Below, one piece after another: positions 9,886-21,385 of a DNA stretch of 64,000 nt (its first letter is position 1; every line of letters starts with the position of its first letter). Made by a program: the position numbers and the translations under genes. The DNA is taken from NCBI GenBank assembly GCA_965660855.1, contig CBFIBM010000002.1, forward strand, positions 64,973 through 128,972, read 5' to 3'. The DNA is from an uncultured bacterium. Lineage in GTDB: Bacteria; Fidelibacterota; Marinisomatia; Marinisomatales; UBA1611. Under the pieces are notes generated by a model. It saw only the letters and a program-made list of their open reading frames with translations, searched no databases and had not been told where the DNA came from.

Positions 9886-10362
9886 ATGTATTTGGCTATT
9901 CTCATCACTTTTATAGTTGCCATAGATCAATGGTCAAAGTGGTTAATAAGATCTAAGTTCTCTCTTTATCAATCTAAGCCAATAATTCAGGATTTTTTCC
10001 ATTTTACATATGTTACAAATGAAGGAATGGCGTTTGGACTTGAATTACCTGGTGGTAAATTAATTTTATTAATTTTAACTGTAATATTAACAATTTTTCT
10101 TGCTTTTTACCTCTACAGTGAGAAAGATGGACATCCACTTTCAAAATATGGTTTAGCATTAATTTTAAGCGGTGCTATAGGTAATTTAATTGATAGAGCT
10201 TTTTTTGGAAAAGTGGTGGATTTTTTGGATTTTATGATTGGTGATTTTCATTGGTATGTATTCAATGTTGCGGATTCTTCAGTAACAATTGGAATGGTTC
10301 TTTATATTATTTATTCAATTATGGAAGAAAAATTAAACTCAATAAAACAAACCCCAATCTGA
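9886..10362 (+). CDS. lspA: Lipoprotein signal peptidase II
   Basis: DQWSK, NEGMAFG, GAIGNLIDR, VVDF, FNVAD motifs. Confidence 0.95.
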   Translation: MYLAILITFIVAIDQWSKWLIRSKFSLYQSKPIIQDFFHFTYVTNEGMAFGLELPGGKLILLILTVILTIFLAFYLYSEKDGHPLSKYGLALILSGAIGNLIDRAFFGKVVDFLDFMIGDFHWYVFNVADSSVTIGMVLYIIYSIMEEKLNSIKQTPI

Positions 10363-11330
10363 TTCTATTTACTATTCTCCATAAAGAAGATGTTGGTAAA
10401 AGACTAGATAGATATTTAGTTCAAAAAATAAAAAATGAATCAAGATCAAAAATTCAAAATTGGATACGATCAAAATTAGTTCTCGTAAATAAACTACACA
10501 AAAAAACAGGTTATTTATTAGAACTCGAAGATGAAATTCGGCTCAAAATACCAGATTCCCCTCCAATCAATAGTGAAAAACCAGAGCCGATAGAACTAAA
10601 TATTGTTTATGAAGATGATGAAATAGCCGTAATAGATAAACCTTCAGGTTTAGTTGTTCATTCTGGTATTTCTAATACATCTGGAACTCTTGTAAATGGT
10701 CTCCTTTTTCATTTTAAATCATTATCAGCAGGAAATCAATCTTTTAGACCTGGTATAATTCATAGATTAGACAAAGAAACATCAGGTGTTATCGTTATTG
10801 CAAAAACAGATTTTGCTCATTCAAAAATAAGCAAACAGTTTCAAAATAGAGAGGTTGAAAAGAAGTATATTGCTTTAACATGGGGACAATGGGAAAAAAA
10901 ACATGGTTTTATAGATTTTTCAATTGGACGTAATCGTAAAGAGCCAACATCTTTTATTATCGATGAAAAAGGAAAAGCATCTTTAACAAAATATTCTGTG
11001 GAAAAACAATTTCGACATTTAGCACTAGTATCCTTTTTTCCAAAAACAGGAAGGACGCATCAAATAAGAGTTCACTCTTCTTCTTTGGGGCATCCTATTT
11101 TTGGGGACGGTAAGTATGGTGGAGGCGTATCAAAAGCAAAAGGATATTTACCTGAGTTCACAAATTTTTATAAAAAGAATATTAAAGAATTAGATCGACA
11201 CGTTTTACATGCGAAAGAAATTAAATTTAAACACCCTAAAAATAATAAAATTATGAATTTTAAGGCGCAATTACCTAAAGAGATATTAAATTTGATTAAT
11301 TCATTAGAAACACTTTATGAAAAAAAATAA
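10359..11330 (+). CDS. rluD: RluA/RluD family pseudouridine synthase with S4 domain (start uncertain; ORF track begins at 10251 inside lspA)
   Basis: RLDRYL...SRSKIQ S4 domain, DKPSGLVVH, HRLDKETSG (catalytic Asp), TGRTHQIRVH, GDGKYG. Confidence 0.9.
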   Translation: MILFTILHKEDVGKRLDRYLVQKIKNESRSKIQNWIRSKLVLVNKLHKKTGYLLELEDEIRLKIPDSPPINSEKPEPIELNIVYEDDEIAVIDKPSGLVVHSGISNTSGTLVNGLLFHFKSLSAGNQSFRPGIIHRLDKETSGVIVIAKTDFAHSKISKQFQNREVEKKYIALTWGQWEKKHGFIDFSIGRNRKEPTSFIIDEKGKASLTKYSVEKQFRHLALVSFFPKTGRTHQIRVHSSSLGHPIFGDGKYGGGVSKAKGYLPEFTNFYKKNIKELDRHVLHAKEIKFKHPKNNKIMNFKAQLPKEILNLINSLETLYEKK

Positions 11331-12327
11331 CAATTCAACCTTTCATGAATTTCTAGTATTCATTAAAAAAGAGCGAGGATATAGTCTCAACACTATTGAT
11401 GCATACAAAACAGATATCAAAAAGTTCAATTGTTTCCTTTTACAATATTTTGATTCATCAAATATTGATTATAAAAAAGTAGACAAATGGGCTTTGAGGA
11501 ATTTTTTTGGAAAAGAAGAAGAAGAAGGTATCAGTAGTAAGTCACGTAGGCGGAGATTATCTAGTATAAGGACTTTCTTTAAGTTTTTAAATAGAGAGAA
11601 TAAAATTACTAAAAATCCAGCGTTAGATATTTCATTACCAGCAATTAATAAAAATATTCCCTTTATAATACCAAAAGAGAGTCCAAACCCAAATGATAAA
11701 ACAGGAAAAACAAAAATAGATAATATCCAAGCACTCGTTAATCAACCTAATATAGATTATCAAAAAAGTAAAATAGAAAAAAAGGAGAGAAAAGGTGCAT
11801 ACCTTAGAATGCTTAGAAATACTGCTATATTAGAACTGTTTTATGCAACAGGTATTCGTTTAAGTGAGCTAGTGAACTTAAATATCAACTCGTTTAATGT
11901 AAATGAAATGTTACTTAAGGTGAGAGGAAAGGGAGATAAAGAAAGATTAATTCCATTTGGTAGAAAAGCAATGAACTCTATTTCTCATTATTTAGATGAA
12001 AGATCTTTGAATTGGGATTCAAATGGTGAAAGGCCTATTTTTTGTGGTTGGGGTGAAAAAAGAATTTCTCAAAGGTTAGTTCAATTAATCTTAAAAGATT
12101 ATCTTTCCACAATTCTAAGGTCAATTGATATTAGAAATCCCAAAGGAACTAGTCCTCACACTATTAGACATACATTTGCAACACATTTATTAGAGGCTGA
12201 TGTAGATATTAGAATCATACAAGAACTTTTAGGGCATAGTAGTATAAGTTCAACACAAATATATACCAAAGTTGATACTAAAAAATTAATTGAAATTTAT
12301 AAAGAATCACACCCTCATGGTTCCTAA
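11317..12327 (+). CDS. xerC: XerC/XerD family tyrosine recombinase
   Basis: SLNTIDAYKTD N-domain; TGIRLSEL, GKGDKER, HTIRHTFATH, LGH, TQIY catalytic set R-K-H-R-H-Y. Confidence 0.85.
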   Translation: MKKNNNSTFHEFLVFIKKERGYSLNTIDAYKTDIKKFNCFLLQYFDSSNIDYKKVDKWALRNFFGKEEEEGISSKSRRRRLSSIRTFFKFLNRENKITKNPALDISLPAINKNIPFIIPKESPNPNDKTGKTKIDNIQALVNQPNIDYQKSKIEKKERKGAYLRMLRNTAILELFYATGIRLSELVNLNINSFNVNEMLLKVRGKGDKERLIPFGRKAMNSISHYLDERSLNWDSNGERPIFCGWGEKRISQRLVQLILKDYLSTILRSIDIRNPKGTSPHTIRHTFATHLLEADVDIRIIQELLGHSSISSTQIYTKVDTKKLIEIYKESHPHGS

Positions 12328-12342
12328 AAGGAGTAGTTTTTT

Positions 12343-13965
12343 ATGATAAATAATGAAAATATAAATTTAAAAGTCTTAGGATTAAAAAATCAAAAAAAGA
12401 TATGCAGAAATTTACCAGTTGAATTATTAATTGATGATATCATTAATAATAATGAAGGTATTGTAGGACCAAAAGGATCAGTGTTGGTAGATACGGGGAT
12501 ATATACTGGGAGATCTCCTAAGGATAAATATTTTGTTGAAGAATCATCTTCAAAAGATAAAATATGGTGGGGAGAGGTTAATAAAAAAATATCAAACGAT
12601 ACTTTTGATATCCTTTATAAAAAAGTAGTACAACATTATAATGAAGAGGGCTCATCGAATACGTATATATTTGATGGATTTGCCGGTGCTGATAAAGAAC
12701 ATACTTTGAATGTTAGGTTTATTGCAAAAAAAGCGTGGCAATCACATTTTGTGCATAACATGTTTATTAGGCCAAACAACAATGATTTAGATGATTTTCA
12801 GCCTGGATTTACTATCATTAATGCATCAGAGGTATACAATGAAGATTTTAAAAAATTAGGTATGCACTCTGAAACTTTTATAGTATTTCATTTAGAAAAG
12901 AGAATCGCTATAATTGGAGGAACTGAATATGGAGGAGAAATGAAGAAAGGTATTTTTTCAGTTTTACATTATCTCCTTCCACAGAAGAATATCCTCTCAA
13001 TGCATTGTTCAGCAAATGTTGATCATAACTATGAGAATACTGCAATATTTTTTGGACTTTCTGGAACAGGAAAAACTACTCTAAGTACTGATCCTAATCG
13101 TCCTTTAATAGGTGATGATGAGCATGGATGGTCAGATAATGGAGTTTTTAATTTTGAAGGTGGTTGCTATGCTAAACTTATTAACTTAGATCCAAATGAA
13201 GAGCCTGATATTTTTGGGGCAATAAGGCAAGGAGCATTGGTAGAAAATGTAGTTTATAATGAAAAAAAACAAGAAATTGATTTTTCAGATGGGTCAAAAA
13301 CACAGAATACAAGAGTTTCATACCCAATTAGTCATATCGAAAATTCTGTTTCAAATAAAGGGAAAGAGAGTATTGCAGGCCATCCGGAAAAAATAATTTT
13401 TCTCACTTGTGATGCCTATGGAGTTTTACCACCAACAGCAAAACTAAATCCAAACCAAGCAATGTATCATTTCATCAGCGGTTATACTGCAAAAATTGCA
13501 GGAACTGAATTGGGCGTCAATAAACCTTTGGCAACATTTTCTCCTTGTTTTGGAGGACCTTTTCTAACCCTTCATCCCTTAAAATATGCGGAGTTATTAA
13601 AAAATAAAATTGAACAATTTAATACTAAGATTTATATGGTAAATACTGGTTGGGTTGGAAGTGATGCAAGCTCTGGTTCAAAACGTTTTAGTCTACCAAA
13701 AACTCGTTTAATTATAAATTCCATTTTAAGTGGTGATATTGAATCTTCAGATTTTACTATAGATCATTATTTTGGCTTTAAAATACCAAAAAAGATAGAT
13801 GGGATAGAAAGTAGTTTATTAAACCCTATAGCTGCTTGGAGAGATTTTAAAAGCTATAAAACTGCGGCAGAAAAATTAGTGCTAAAGTTTCAAGAAAATT
13901 ACGAAAAATATGATTTAGGTGATAAAATGGTAGCTTTGGGAGGTCCTAGAATTCCAAAAGAATAA
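12343..13965 (+). CDS. pckA: Phosphoenolpyruvate carboxykinase (ATP)
   Basis: TGRSPKDK, YGGEMKK, GLSGTGKTTLS, IGDDEHGW, NFEGGCYAK. Confidence 0.97.
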   Translation: MINNENINLKVLGLKNQKKICRNLPVELLIDDIINNNEGIVGPKGSVLVDTGIYTGRSPKDKYFVEESSSKDKIWWGEVNKKISNDTFDILYKKVVQHYNEEGSSNTYIFDGFAGADKEHTLNVRFIAKKAWQSHFVHNMFIRPNNNDLDDFQPGFTIINASEVYNEDFKKLGMHSETFIVFHLEKRIAIIGGTEYGGEMKKGIFSVLHYLLPQKNILSMHCSANVDHNYENTAIFFGLSGTGKTTLSTDPNRPLIGDDEHGWSDNGVFNFEGGCYAKLINLDPNEEPDIFGAIRQGALVENVVYNEKKQEIDFSDGSKTQNTRVSYPISHIENSVSNKGKESIAGHPEKIIFLTCDAYGVLPPTAKLNPNQAMYHFISGYTAKIAGTELGVNKPLATFSPCFGGPFLTLHPLKYAELLKNKIEQFNTKIYMVNTGWVGSDASSGSKRFSLPKTRLIINSILSGDIESSDFTIDHYFGFKIPKKIDGIESSLLNPIAAWRDFKSYKTAAEKLVLKFQENYEKYDLGDKMVALGGPRIPKE

Positions 13966-14010
13966 TAAAATTTATAATTTTTTTTTGTTTTTTATTTTCT
14001 TAATTTATGT

Positions 14011-14058
14011 AGTCGGTTTTGAACCATATTGCTCGACTTTAAAATAGCTAAAAAGGTT
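14011..14058 (+). ncRNA. SAM-II (SAM_alpha) riboswitch aptamer
   Basis: P1 AGUCG(14011-15)/CGACU(14034-38); UUUG; pseudoknot AACC(14022-25)/GGUU(14055-58) and UAUU(14027-30)/AAUA(14043-46); conserved UUGC and GCUAAA; directly upstream of metH. Confidence 0.85.
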
Positions 14059-14065
14059 TTATAAT

Positions 14066-14092
14066 AAGCCGGTTTAGTGCCGGTTTTTTTTT
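14066..14092 (+). terminator. Terminator hairpin forming the riboswitch expression platform
   Basis: GCCGG-TTTAGTG-CCGGT followed by a T-run ending immediately before the metH ATG. Confidence 0.7.
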
Positions 14093-17000
14093 ATGCAAAA
14101 ATTAGAACAATTATTAAAAGAAAATATTTTAGTTATGGATGGTGCGATGGGTACCATGATCCAAGAATATAAATTAGAAGAACTTGATTTTAGAGGTGAA
14201 CAGTTTCTTAATCATCATTCTGATTTAAAAGGTAACAATGATATTCTATCCATCACGCGCCCGGATATTATTGAAAAGATACATGATAGTTATCTTAAAT
14301 CAGGTGCAGATATAATTGAGACTAATTCTTTTAATTCAACTAGTATATCACAAGCAGACTATGGTTTAGAGAATATAGTTTATGAATTGAATAAATGTTC
14401 TGCAAAACTAGCAGTATCTGCATGTAAAAAATACAATGTCAAAAATAACAATAAGCCTCGTTTTGTTTGTGGTTCTATTGGACCAACAAATAAAACTGCA
14501 TCTATGAGTCCAGATGTGTCTAGTCCTGGTTTTAGAAATATTGATTTTGATGAGCTAAAAGACTCTTACTCTGAACAGATTAGAGGCTTAATTGATGGTG
14601 GTGTAGATTTACTACTCATAGAAACTGTATTTGACACACTTAATTGTAAAGCAGCAATTTTTGCAGTAGATACAGTTTTTGAAGAAAAGGAAGTTAACAT
14701 ACCATTAATGATTTCTGGTACAATAACTGATGCCAGTGGACGGCTCCTATCTGGTCAAACGGTTGAAGCTTTCTGGCATTCAATAAGACATGCTAATTTA
14801 ATTGCTGTGGGCCTCAACTGTGCATTAGGTGCAGAGCAAATGAGGCCTTATATTCATGAATTTTCTAAAATAGCAGATACAAATATATTAGTGTACCCTA
14901 ATGCAGGTTTACCTAATGAGTTTGGAGGCTATGATGAAAGTCCAAAAGATATGGCAGTCTATCTTGAAGAATTTGCATCATCAGGATTAGTTAACATAAT
15001 TGGCGGATGCTGTGGAACAAGCCCAGGGCATATTTTTGAATTTTCTAATTCAATAAAAAATTTAAAACCACGTCAAATTCCATCTTTTGAGCCTTTGACA
15101 AAGTTAAGTGGTTTAGAATCAGTTACAATTCGTTCTGAATCTAATTTCATTAATATTGGGGAAAGAACAAACGTAACAGGATCAATAAAATTCAAAAGAT
15201 TAATTAAAGAAGATAAATATGATGAAGCATTATCTGTGGCACTTGATCAAGTTAAAAATGGTGCACAAATAATAGATGTTAATATGGATGAAGGTCTTAT
15301 TGATGGTGAAAAAGCTATGGTTAAATTTTTACGATTAATTGCAGCTGAGCCTGATATCTCTAAAGTGCCGATCATGATAGACTCTTCTAAATGGTCAGTA
15401 ATTGAAGAGGGCTTGAAGAATATCCAAGGGAAGGGTATTGTTAATTCAATCTCATTAAAAGAAGGTGAAGAAGAATTTATAAGGCAAGCTAGACTTGTGA
15501 GGAAATATGGAGCTTCTGTTATTGTAATGGCTTTTGATGAAAAAGGACAAGCAGATAGTTACAAAAGGAAGATAGAAATTTGTAAACGAGCATATAATAT
15601 TTTAACAGGTATAGTTAAAATTGATCCAGAAGATATTATTTTTGATCCTAATATTTTTGCAATAGCGACTGGAATAGAGGAACATAATCAATACGGCAAA
15701 GCATTTATTGAAGCTTCAAGATTTATAAAAAAGAAAATGCCTTATTCACATGTAAGCGGTGGGGTTAGTAACCTTTCCTTTTCTTTTCGTGGTAATAATG
15801 GAGTAAGGGAGGCAATGCATTCATGCTTTCTTTATCATGCAACCCAAAATGGAATGGATATGGGTATTGTAAATCCAGGCCAACTTACATTATATGATGA
15901 CATAGATGAAAAATTGAAGGAAGCAATAGAGGATGTTTTATTTAATCGCAATCAAAATGCTACTGAAAATTTAGTTGTTATAGCTGAGAATTATAGAGGT
16001 GTGAAAAAGAATAAAATAGTAGAAAACAAATGGCGTTCTCTTCCAATTTTTGAACGCCTTGCGTACTCGTTAGTGGAGGGAATAGATCAGTTTATAATTG
16101 AAGATACTGAATTAGCTAGGAAAAATTTAAAAAAACCAATTGATGTAATTGAAGGTCCATTAATGGATGGTATGAATAAGGTAGGTGATTTATTTGGGTC
16201 TGGAAAGATGTTTTTACCACAGGTTGTAAAGTCAGCAAGAGTGATGAAAAAATCAGTTGGTTATCTAGTTCCTTTCATTGAAAAAGAGAAAAAGCATAAT
16301 AATATTAAGCAAGCAACCAATGGAACAATAGTGTTAGCAACTGTGAAAGGGGATGTTCATGATATTGGCAAAAATATTGTTGGAGTTGTTTTAGGTTGTA
16401 ATGGATATAATATTATTGATTTAGGTGTAATGGTAGCTACAGACAAAATTATCAATGCAGCAATCGAATCAAAAGCAGATATTTTAGGACTTTCTGGCCT
16501 AATCACACCTAGCCTTGAGGAGATGGTATATGTTGCATCGGAAATGAAAAGAAGAAATCTCAATATTCCATTATTGATTGGTGGAGCAACTACAAGTAAA
16601 AAACATACTGCTGTAAAGATTGATGAAAAATATCCCAGGAATGTATTTCATGTTTTAGATGCAAGTAGATGTGTAGGTGTTGTATCCAAGTTGCTGAAAC
16701 CAAAGGAAAAAAGAATTTTCATAAGTGAAATGAGAGATGAATATGAGACATTAAGAGATAACTTTTATGAAAGTCAGAAGTCTTTTAAGTTTTTAACTTT
16801 GAATGAAGCTAGGTTAAATAAACCAAGCTTAAGTTATAATCCATATCTACCTAAAAATTTTGGTATAAAGTGTTTTGAATCAATTCCTTTGAAAAAACTG
16901 GTAAATTATATTGATTGGGCACCATTCTTTCATGCTTGGGAACTGCATGGTAGTTTTCCCAAAATTCTCGATGATGAGAAGATAGGATCTGAAGCAAAAA

Positions 17001-17656
17001 AACTTTTCGATGATGGTAAGAAAATGTTAAATATGATTGTTGAAAAAAATCTATTAGTTGCAAAAGGTATTTATGGTCTTTTTTCTGCTAAATCAAACTT
17101 TGAAGAAGTAATAATTAAAGAAAAAAATATTAAATTTAAATTTCCACGACAACTTATAGATAAAGGGAAAAATCCTAATTTTTGTTTAGCAGATTATATC
17201 TCATCAGAAAATGAAGATTGTATTGGACTTTTCGCCGTAACTGCTGGACATGGTTTAAAGAAAATTGTTGATGTGTATGAAAAAGATTTAGATGATTATA
17301 ATGCTATAATGGCTAAAGTTCTTGCAGACAGGCTTGCTGAAGCTGCAGCTGAGTGGATGCATGAATATGTAAGAAAAATAGGTTGGGGTTATGATAAGAA
17401 TGAATCGGTAAATTTTGAAGAAATGTTAAAAGAAAAATATATTGGAATTAGACCTGCTCCTGGATATCCTGCATGCCCTTCTCATGAAGAAAAAGATAAA
17501 ATATGGAGTCTTTTAAATATAGAAAAAAGAATAGGGATTTCTTTAACTGAATCTCGTGCAATGCTGCCCACTGCATCAGTTTCGGGATGGTATTTTTCGC
17601 ATCCTGAGTCTCGATATTTTAGTGTTTTAAAAAATGAGTTGAAAAATGAGAATTAA
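14093..17656 (+). CDS. metH: Cobalamin-dependent methionine synthase
   Basis: [15 protein letters not shown] Zn ligands, pterin-binding [11 protein letters not shown]12 motif [16 protein letters not shown] activation domain. Confidence 0.97.
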   Translation: MQKLEQLLKENILVMDGAMGTMIQEYKLEELDFRGEQFLNHHSDLKGNNDILSITRPDIIEKIHDSYLKSGADIIETNSFNSTSISQADYGLENIVYELNKCSAKLAVSACKKYNVKNNNKPRFVCGSIGPTNKTASMSPDVSSPGFRNIDFDELKDSYSEQIRGLIDGGVDLLLIETVFDTLNCKAAIFAVDTVFEEKEVNIPLMISGTITDASGRLLSGQTVEAFWHSIRHANLIAVGLNCALGAEQMRPYIHEFSKIADTNILVYPNAGLPNEFGGYDESPKDMAVYLEEFASSGLVNIIGGCCGTSPGHIFEFSNSIKNLKPRQIPSFEPLTKLSGLESVTIRSESNFINIGERTNVTGSIKFKRLIKEDKYDEALSVALDQVKNGAQIIDVNMDEGLIDGEKAMVKFLRLIAAEPDISKVPIMIDSSKWSVIEEGLKNIQGKGIVNSISLKEGEEEFIRQARLVRKYGASVIVMAFDEKGQADSYKRKIEICKRAYNILTGIVKIDPEDIIFDPNIFAIATGIEEHNQYGKAFIEASRFIKKKMPYSHVSGGVSNLSFSFRGNNGVREAMHSCFLYHATQNGMDMGIVNPGQLTLYDDIDEKLKEAIEDVLFNRNQNATENLVVIAENYRGVKKNKIVENKWRSLPIFERLAYSLVEGIDQFIIEDTELARKNLKKPIDVIEGPLMDGMNKVGDLFGSGKMFLPQVVKSARVMKKSVGYLVPFIEKEKKHNNIKQATNGTIVLATVKGDVHDIGKNIVGVVLGCNGYNIIDLGVMVATDKIINAAIESKADILGLSGLITPSLEEMVYVASEMKRRNLNIPLLIGGATTSKKHTAVKIDEKYPRNVFHVLDASRCVGVVSKLLKPKEKRIFISEMRDEYETLRDNFYESQKSFKFLTLNEARLNKPSLSYNPYLPKNFGIKCFESIPLKKLVNYIDWAPFFHAWELHGSFPKILDDEKIGSEAKKLFDDGKKMLNMIVEKNLLVAKGIYGLFSAKSNFEEVIIKEKNIKFKFPRQLIDKGKNPNFCLADYISSENEDCIGLFAVTAGHGLKKIVDVYEKDLDDYNAIMAKVLADRLAEAAAEWMHEYVRKIGWGYDKNESVNFEEMLKEKYIGIRPAPGYPACPSHEEKDKIWSLLNIEKRIGISLTESRAMLPTASVSGWYFSHPESRYFSVLKNELKNEN

Positions 17657-18593
17657 AGATAAAATAAAAAAACCACAAAGGCCAGTGGTCGCCTACGAAA
17701 TTTTGCCGCCAAGGGAAAAGGATGGTACTCTTAACTCTTACGCTGAGACTATTAGTTCCCTTTTATCTCAAACCCATATAGATGCAATAAATATCCCGGA
17801 AGTACATGATGAGGCAGGAAGAGGAGATCGGCCTGTAGCAAATCATGAAAGAGGTGAACCTCGTAAATTTGGTTCACTTCTTCAAGATATTGTAGGAATT
17901 GAATCTATAGTCAATAGGGTTGTTGTTCATGAAAAATTTGAAGTTCAAAAAAACTGGATCAAAGAAACAAATAAAAAATATGAAATTGAAAACTTAATAA
18001 TAGTAGGTGGTGAATCCAGTTCAATTTCTTATCCAGGACCATCAGTTAATCAAGCATTGAAATATATTAAAGAGTCTTATAACCAACTTAGTGGAAATAT
18101 CCTTTCCGGTTGTATCGCAATTCCTAGCAGGAAAAATGAATCTCAAAACTTATTAAAAAAAAGCCATAATGGTGCAGAATTTTTCACGACTCAGGTACTT
18201 TATGATTCAAATAATATAATAAAAATGATTAATAATTATCAAAATTTATGTAATGTAGATAAAACCTTTCCAAGAAGAATATTATTAAGCTTTGCTCCTG
18301 TATCATCTCAAAAAAACATTAATTTTTTAAAATGGCTTGGAGTTGAAATTCCTATCGAAACAGAAAGGTATCTACAAGCTAGACCTGGTTCGATGTCAGA
18401 AAGATCTTTAGATGTTGCAATCGAGGTTCTGAACGAGGTACTTGATTATATCATAGAAAAAAAGTTAAAAGTTCCCATTGGCTTAAATATAGAGCATATC
18501 ATGTCTTATAATTTTCAATATTCAGTTGAAATGCTTCAAGAATTAGCAAGAATTTATCGTGAATTTTGTATTAAGACTAAACAATATAATTAA
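17646..18593 (+). CDS. Methylenetetrahydrofolate reductase, atypical (mycobacterial-type-like)
   Basis: [25 protein letters not shown]-barrel motifs; overlaps metH end; lies between metH and metK. Confidence 0.75.
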   Translation: MRIKDKIKKPQRPVVAYEILPPREKDGTLNSYAETISSLLSQTHIDAINIPEVHDEAGRGDRPVANHERGEPRKFGSLLQDIVGIESIVNRVVVHEKFEVQKNWIKETNKKYEIENLIIVGGESSSISYPGPSVNQALKYIKESYNQLSGNILSGCIAIPSRKNESQNLLKKSHNGAEFFTTQVLYDSNNIIKMINNYQNLCNVDKTFPRRILLSFAPVSSQKNINFLKWLGVEIPIETERYLQARPGSMSERSLDVAIEVLNEVLDYIIEKKLKVPIGLNIEHIMSYNFQYSVEMLQELARIYREFCIKTKQYN

Positions 18594-18640
18594 TTAATAT
18601 TGCCACCGAATATGGTAAAAAAAAAGGGTAGAGGCTAAAA

Positions 18641-19816
18641 ATGAGTAAACTTTTATTTACATCTGAGTCCGTAACTGAAGGTCATCCTGATAAAGCATGC
18701 GATGCATTCTCAGATGCTATTTTGGATAGTATTCTTGAACAAGATACAGAAGCACATGTTGCATGTGAATCTCTAGCAACAAAAGGTCTTGTTGTTGTTT
18801 CAGGAGAGATTAGAACATCAGCAAATATTAATGTTGAAAGTATAATCAAAGATACAATTAGGTATATCGGCTACCACAAAGGAAATAGTGGTGTTGATCC
18901 AATTAAAGTTGAAATTTTAAATCATCTTCACGAGCAAAGTCATGAAATTGCACAAGGGGTTGATTCCGAAAGTATCTCTGATCAAGGTGCAGGAGACCAA
19001 GGTCTTATGTTTGGATATGCATGTAAAGAAACTCCAGAATTAATGCCTCTTCCTATTCAAATTTCTCATAGACTTACAGAAAAATTATCCGTTTTAAGAA
19101 AAGATGGTTCTTTACCATGGTTAAGGCCTGATGGTAAATCACAGGTTTCAGTTTTTTATGAAAATGGTATTCCTAAATCTATAGATAAAACTGTAATTGC
19201 AACCCAGCATGATGATATGCTAGATAAATATGGTTCAGAAGAAAAAGAATTGGAATTCGTGAAAAGTGAAATTGAAAACAAAGTAATTATACCAGTTTTA
19301 GAGTCATATGGATATGATTATAAAAATGAATTTATTGTTAATGGAACTGGTCGTTTTGTTTATGGTGGTCCAGAAGCTGATACTGGTTTAACTGGAAGAA
19401 AAATCATTGTTGATACTTATGGTGGCTATGCCCCTCACGGTGGGGGAGCATTTTCAGGTAAAGATTCATCTAAAGTAGATCGCAGTGCAACTTATATGGC
19501 AAGATATATTGCAAAGAATATTGTTGCATCTGAATTAGCTGAAAAATGTGAGGTCCAACTTTCATACGGTATAGGTGTAGCAGAACCTACATCTTTTTAC
19601 GTAAAAACATTCAATACCGGGAAAGTAGATGATGAATCTCTTACAAAAATTGCAAGAGAAATTTTTCCAATAAGACCTGGTGAAATAGTTAAACACCTAG
19701 ACCTAAAAAAACCACGTTATAGAAATACTGCGGCTTATGGCCATTTTGGAAGAGAACTAGAAGAGTTTACATGGGAAAAAATCGATATGGTTAATTCTCT
19801 ACAATCAAAAATATAG
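18641..19816 (+). CDS. metK: S-adenosylmethionine synthetase
   Basis: [28 protein letters not shown]. Confidence 0.98.
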   Translation: MSKLLFTSESVTEGHPDKACDAFSDAILDSILEQDTEAHVACESLATKGLVVVSGEIRTSANINVESIIKDTIRYIGYHKGNSGVDPIKVEILNHLHEQSHEIAQGVDSESISDQGAGDQGLMFGYACKETPELMPLPIQISHRLTEKLSVLRKDGSLPWLRPDGKSQVSVFYENGIPKSIDKTVIATQHDDMLDKYGSEEKELEFVKSEIENKVIIPVLESYGYDYKNEFIVNGTGRFVYGGPEADTGLTGRKIIVDTYGGYAPHGGGAFSGKDSSKVDRSATYMARYIAKNIVASELAEKCEVQLSYGIGVAEPTSFYVKTFNTGKVDDESLTKIAREIFPIRPGEIVKHLDLKKPRYRNTAAYGHFGRELEEFTWEKIDMVNSLQSKI

Positions 19817-19823
19817 GAAAAAA

Positions 19824-21266
19824 ATGAGTAATACAATTATTAAAGAAATAGTAGAAAATCTACCTTATAAAGTTAGAGATATTTCCCTTGCATCTGATGG
19901 TCGTAAATCATTAAATATTTCAGAAAAAGAGATGCCTGGATTAATGGCAACAAGGGAAAAATATGGTCAAGAAAAACCTTTAGCAGGTAAAAAAATTACC
20001 GGTTCACTTCACATGACTGTGGAGACAGCAATTTTAATTGAAACATTAGTTGAATTAGGAGCAGATGTGCGTTGGGCAAGTTGTAATATCTTTTCAACTC
20101 AAGATGAGGCTGCAGCCGTTATAGCTGAAGCAGGAATACCTGTTTTTGCTTGGAAAGGTGAGACTCTTGAAGAATACTGGTGGTGTACAATGCAAGCACT
20201 TACATTTCCCGATGGTTCAGGACCAGATTTAATAGTAGATGATGGTGGAGATGCCACACTACTTATTCATAAAGGTTATGAATTAGAAAAATATTTTGCT
20301 AAGAACGGAACAACGCCTGAAATCAAAACAAATGTAGAAGAAGAAATCATTGTAGAAAAGTTAATTAGAGAGGTACTTGAAAAAGATCCGAACCATTGGT
20401 TTAAAGTTCAAAAAAATATAATAGGAGTATCTGAAGAGACAACAACGGGCGTACATAGACTTGTTCAGATGGAGAAGGAAGGCAAATTACTTTTCCCTGC
20501 TTACAATGTAAATGATTCCGTTACAAAATCTAAATTTGATAATGTATATGGCTGTAGAGAATCACTTGCAGACGGTTTAAAAAGGTCTCTAGATGTAATG
20601 CTTGCTGGAAAAACTATTGTTGTTTGTGGATATGGAGATGTAGGTAGAGGATGTGCCCAATCTATGAAAGGGTATGGAGCAAGAGTAATTGTTACTGAAA
20701 TTGATCCAATTTGTGCACTACAGGCTGCAATGGAAGGGTTTGAAGTAAATACTCTTGAAAATTCAATCAAAGAAGCACATATATTTGTTACTACTACTGG
20801 AAATAAAGATGTTATAACAACGGCTCATATGCATAAAATGAATGACCAATCTATAGTATGTAATATCGGACATTTTGATAATGAAATCCAAGTTTATGCC
20901 TTAAACAGTGATCAGAGTGTAAAAAAAGAGGAAGTAAAGCCACAAGTTGATCAATACACTTTTCCTAATGGAAATAAAATATTCATTTTAGCAGAAGGTA
21001 GGTTAGTTAACTTAGGTTGTGCTACCGGTCATTCAAGTTTTGTAATGTCTAATTCCTTTACAAATCAAGTTCTTGCTCAATTGGCTTTGGCTGCAGATGC
21101 TCCTGAGGTTGGTGTTTACATGCTTCCAAAAGAATTAGATGAAGAGGTCGCTAGATTACATTTAGATCATCTTGGAGTAGTTCTTACTGAATTATCTGAT
21201 GAACAAGCTGACTATATTGGGGTTCCCAAAGAGGGTCCTTATAAACCAGATCACTACAGATATTAA
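19824..21266 (+). CDS. ahcY: Adenosylhomocysteinase
   Basis: [40 protein letters not shown]-terminal PDHYRY. Confidence 0.98.
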   Translation: MSNTIIKEIVENLPYKVRDISLASDGRKSLNISEKEMPGLMATREKYGQEKPLAGKKITGSLHMTVETAILIETLVELGADVRWASCNIFSTQDEAAAVIAEAGIPVFAWKGETLEEYWWCTMQALTFPDGSGPDLIVDDGGDATLLIHKGYELEKYFAKNGTTPEIKTNVEEEIIVEKLIREVLEKDPNHWFKVQKNIIGVSEETTTGVHRLVQMEKEGKLLFPAYNVNDSVTKSKFDNVYGCRESLADGLKRSLDVMLAGKTIVVCGYGDVGRGCAQSMKGYGARVIVTEIDPICALQAAMEGFEVNTLENSIKEAHIFVTTTGNKDVITTAHMHKMNDQSIVCNIGHFDNEIQVYALNSDQSVKKEEVKPQVDQYTFPNGNKIFILAEGRLVNLGCATGHSSFVMSNSFTNQVLAQLALAADAPEVGVYMLPKELDEEVARLHLDHLGVVLTELSDEQADYIGVPKEGPYKPDHYRY

Positions 21267-21291
21267 TATAAGATTAATAAAAACAATAATT

Positions 21292-21320
21292 AACCCCAGT
21301 TAATTAGCTGGGGTTTTTTG
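21292..21320 (+). terminator. Intrinsic terminator ending the methyl-cycle cluster
   Basis: AACCCCAGT / GCTGGGGTT hairpin followed by T-run. Confidence 0.85.
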
Positions 21321-21385
21321 TTTTTGTATCTATCATAATAATTCTACAAATTCTATAGCGGAAGTCCAATAAATTTTGGCATAAC

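Noticed and set aside
11317..12327. Tyrosine recombinase as a prophage/island integrase
   Set aside because: XerC/D-like along its length, overlapped with rluD among housekeeping genes; no att repeats, tRNA or phage genes seen
13966..14092. Cobalamin or SAM-I riboswitch before metH
   Set aside because: Too short and lacks B12-box/S-box motifs; SAM-II pattern fits instead
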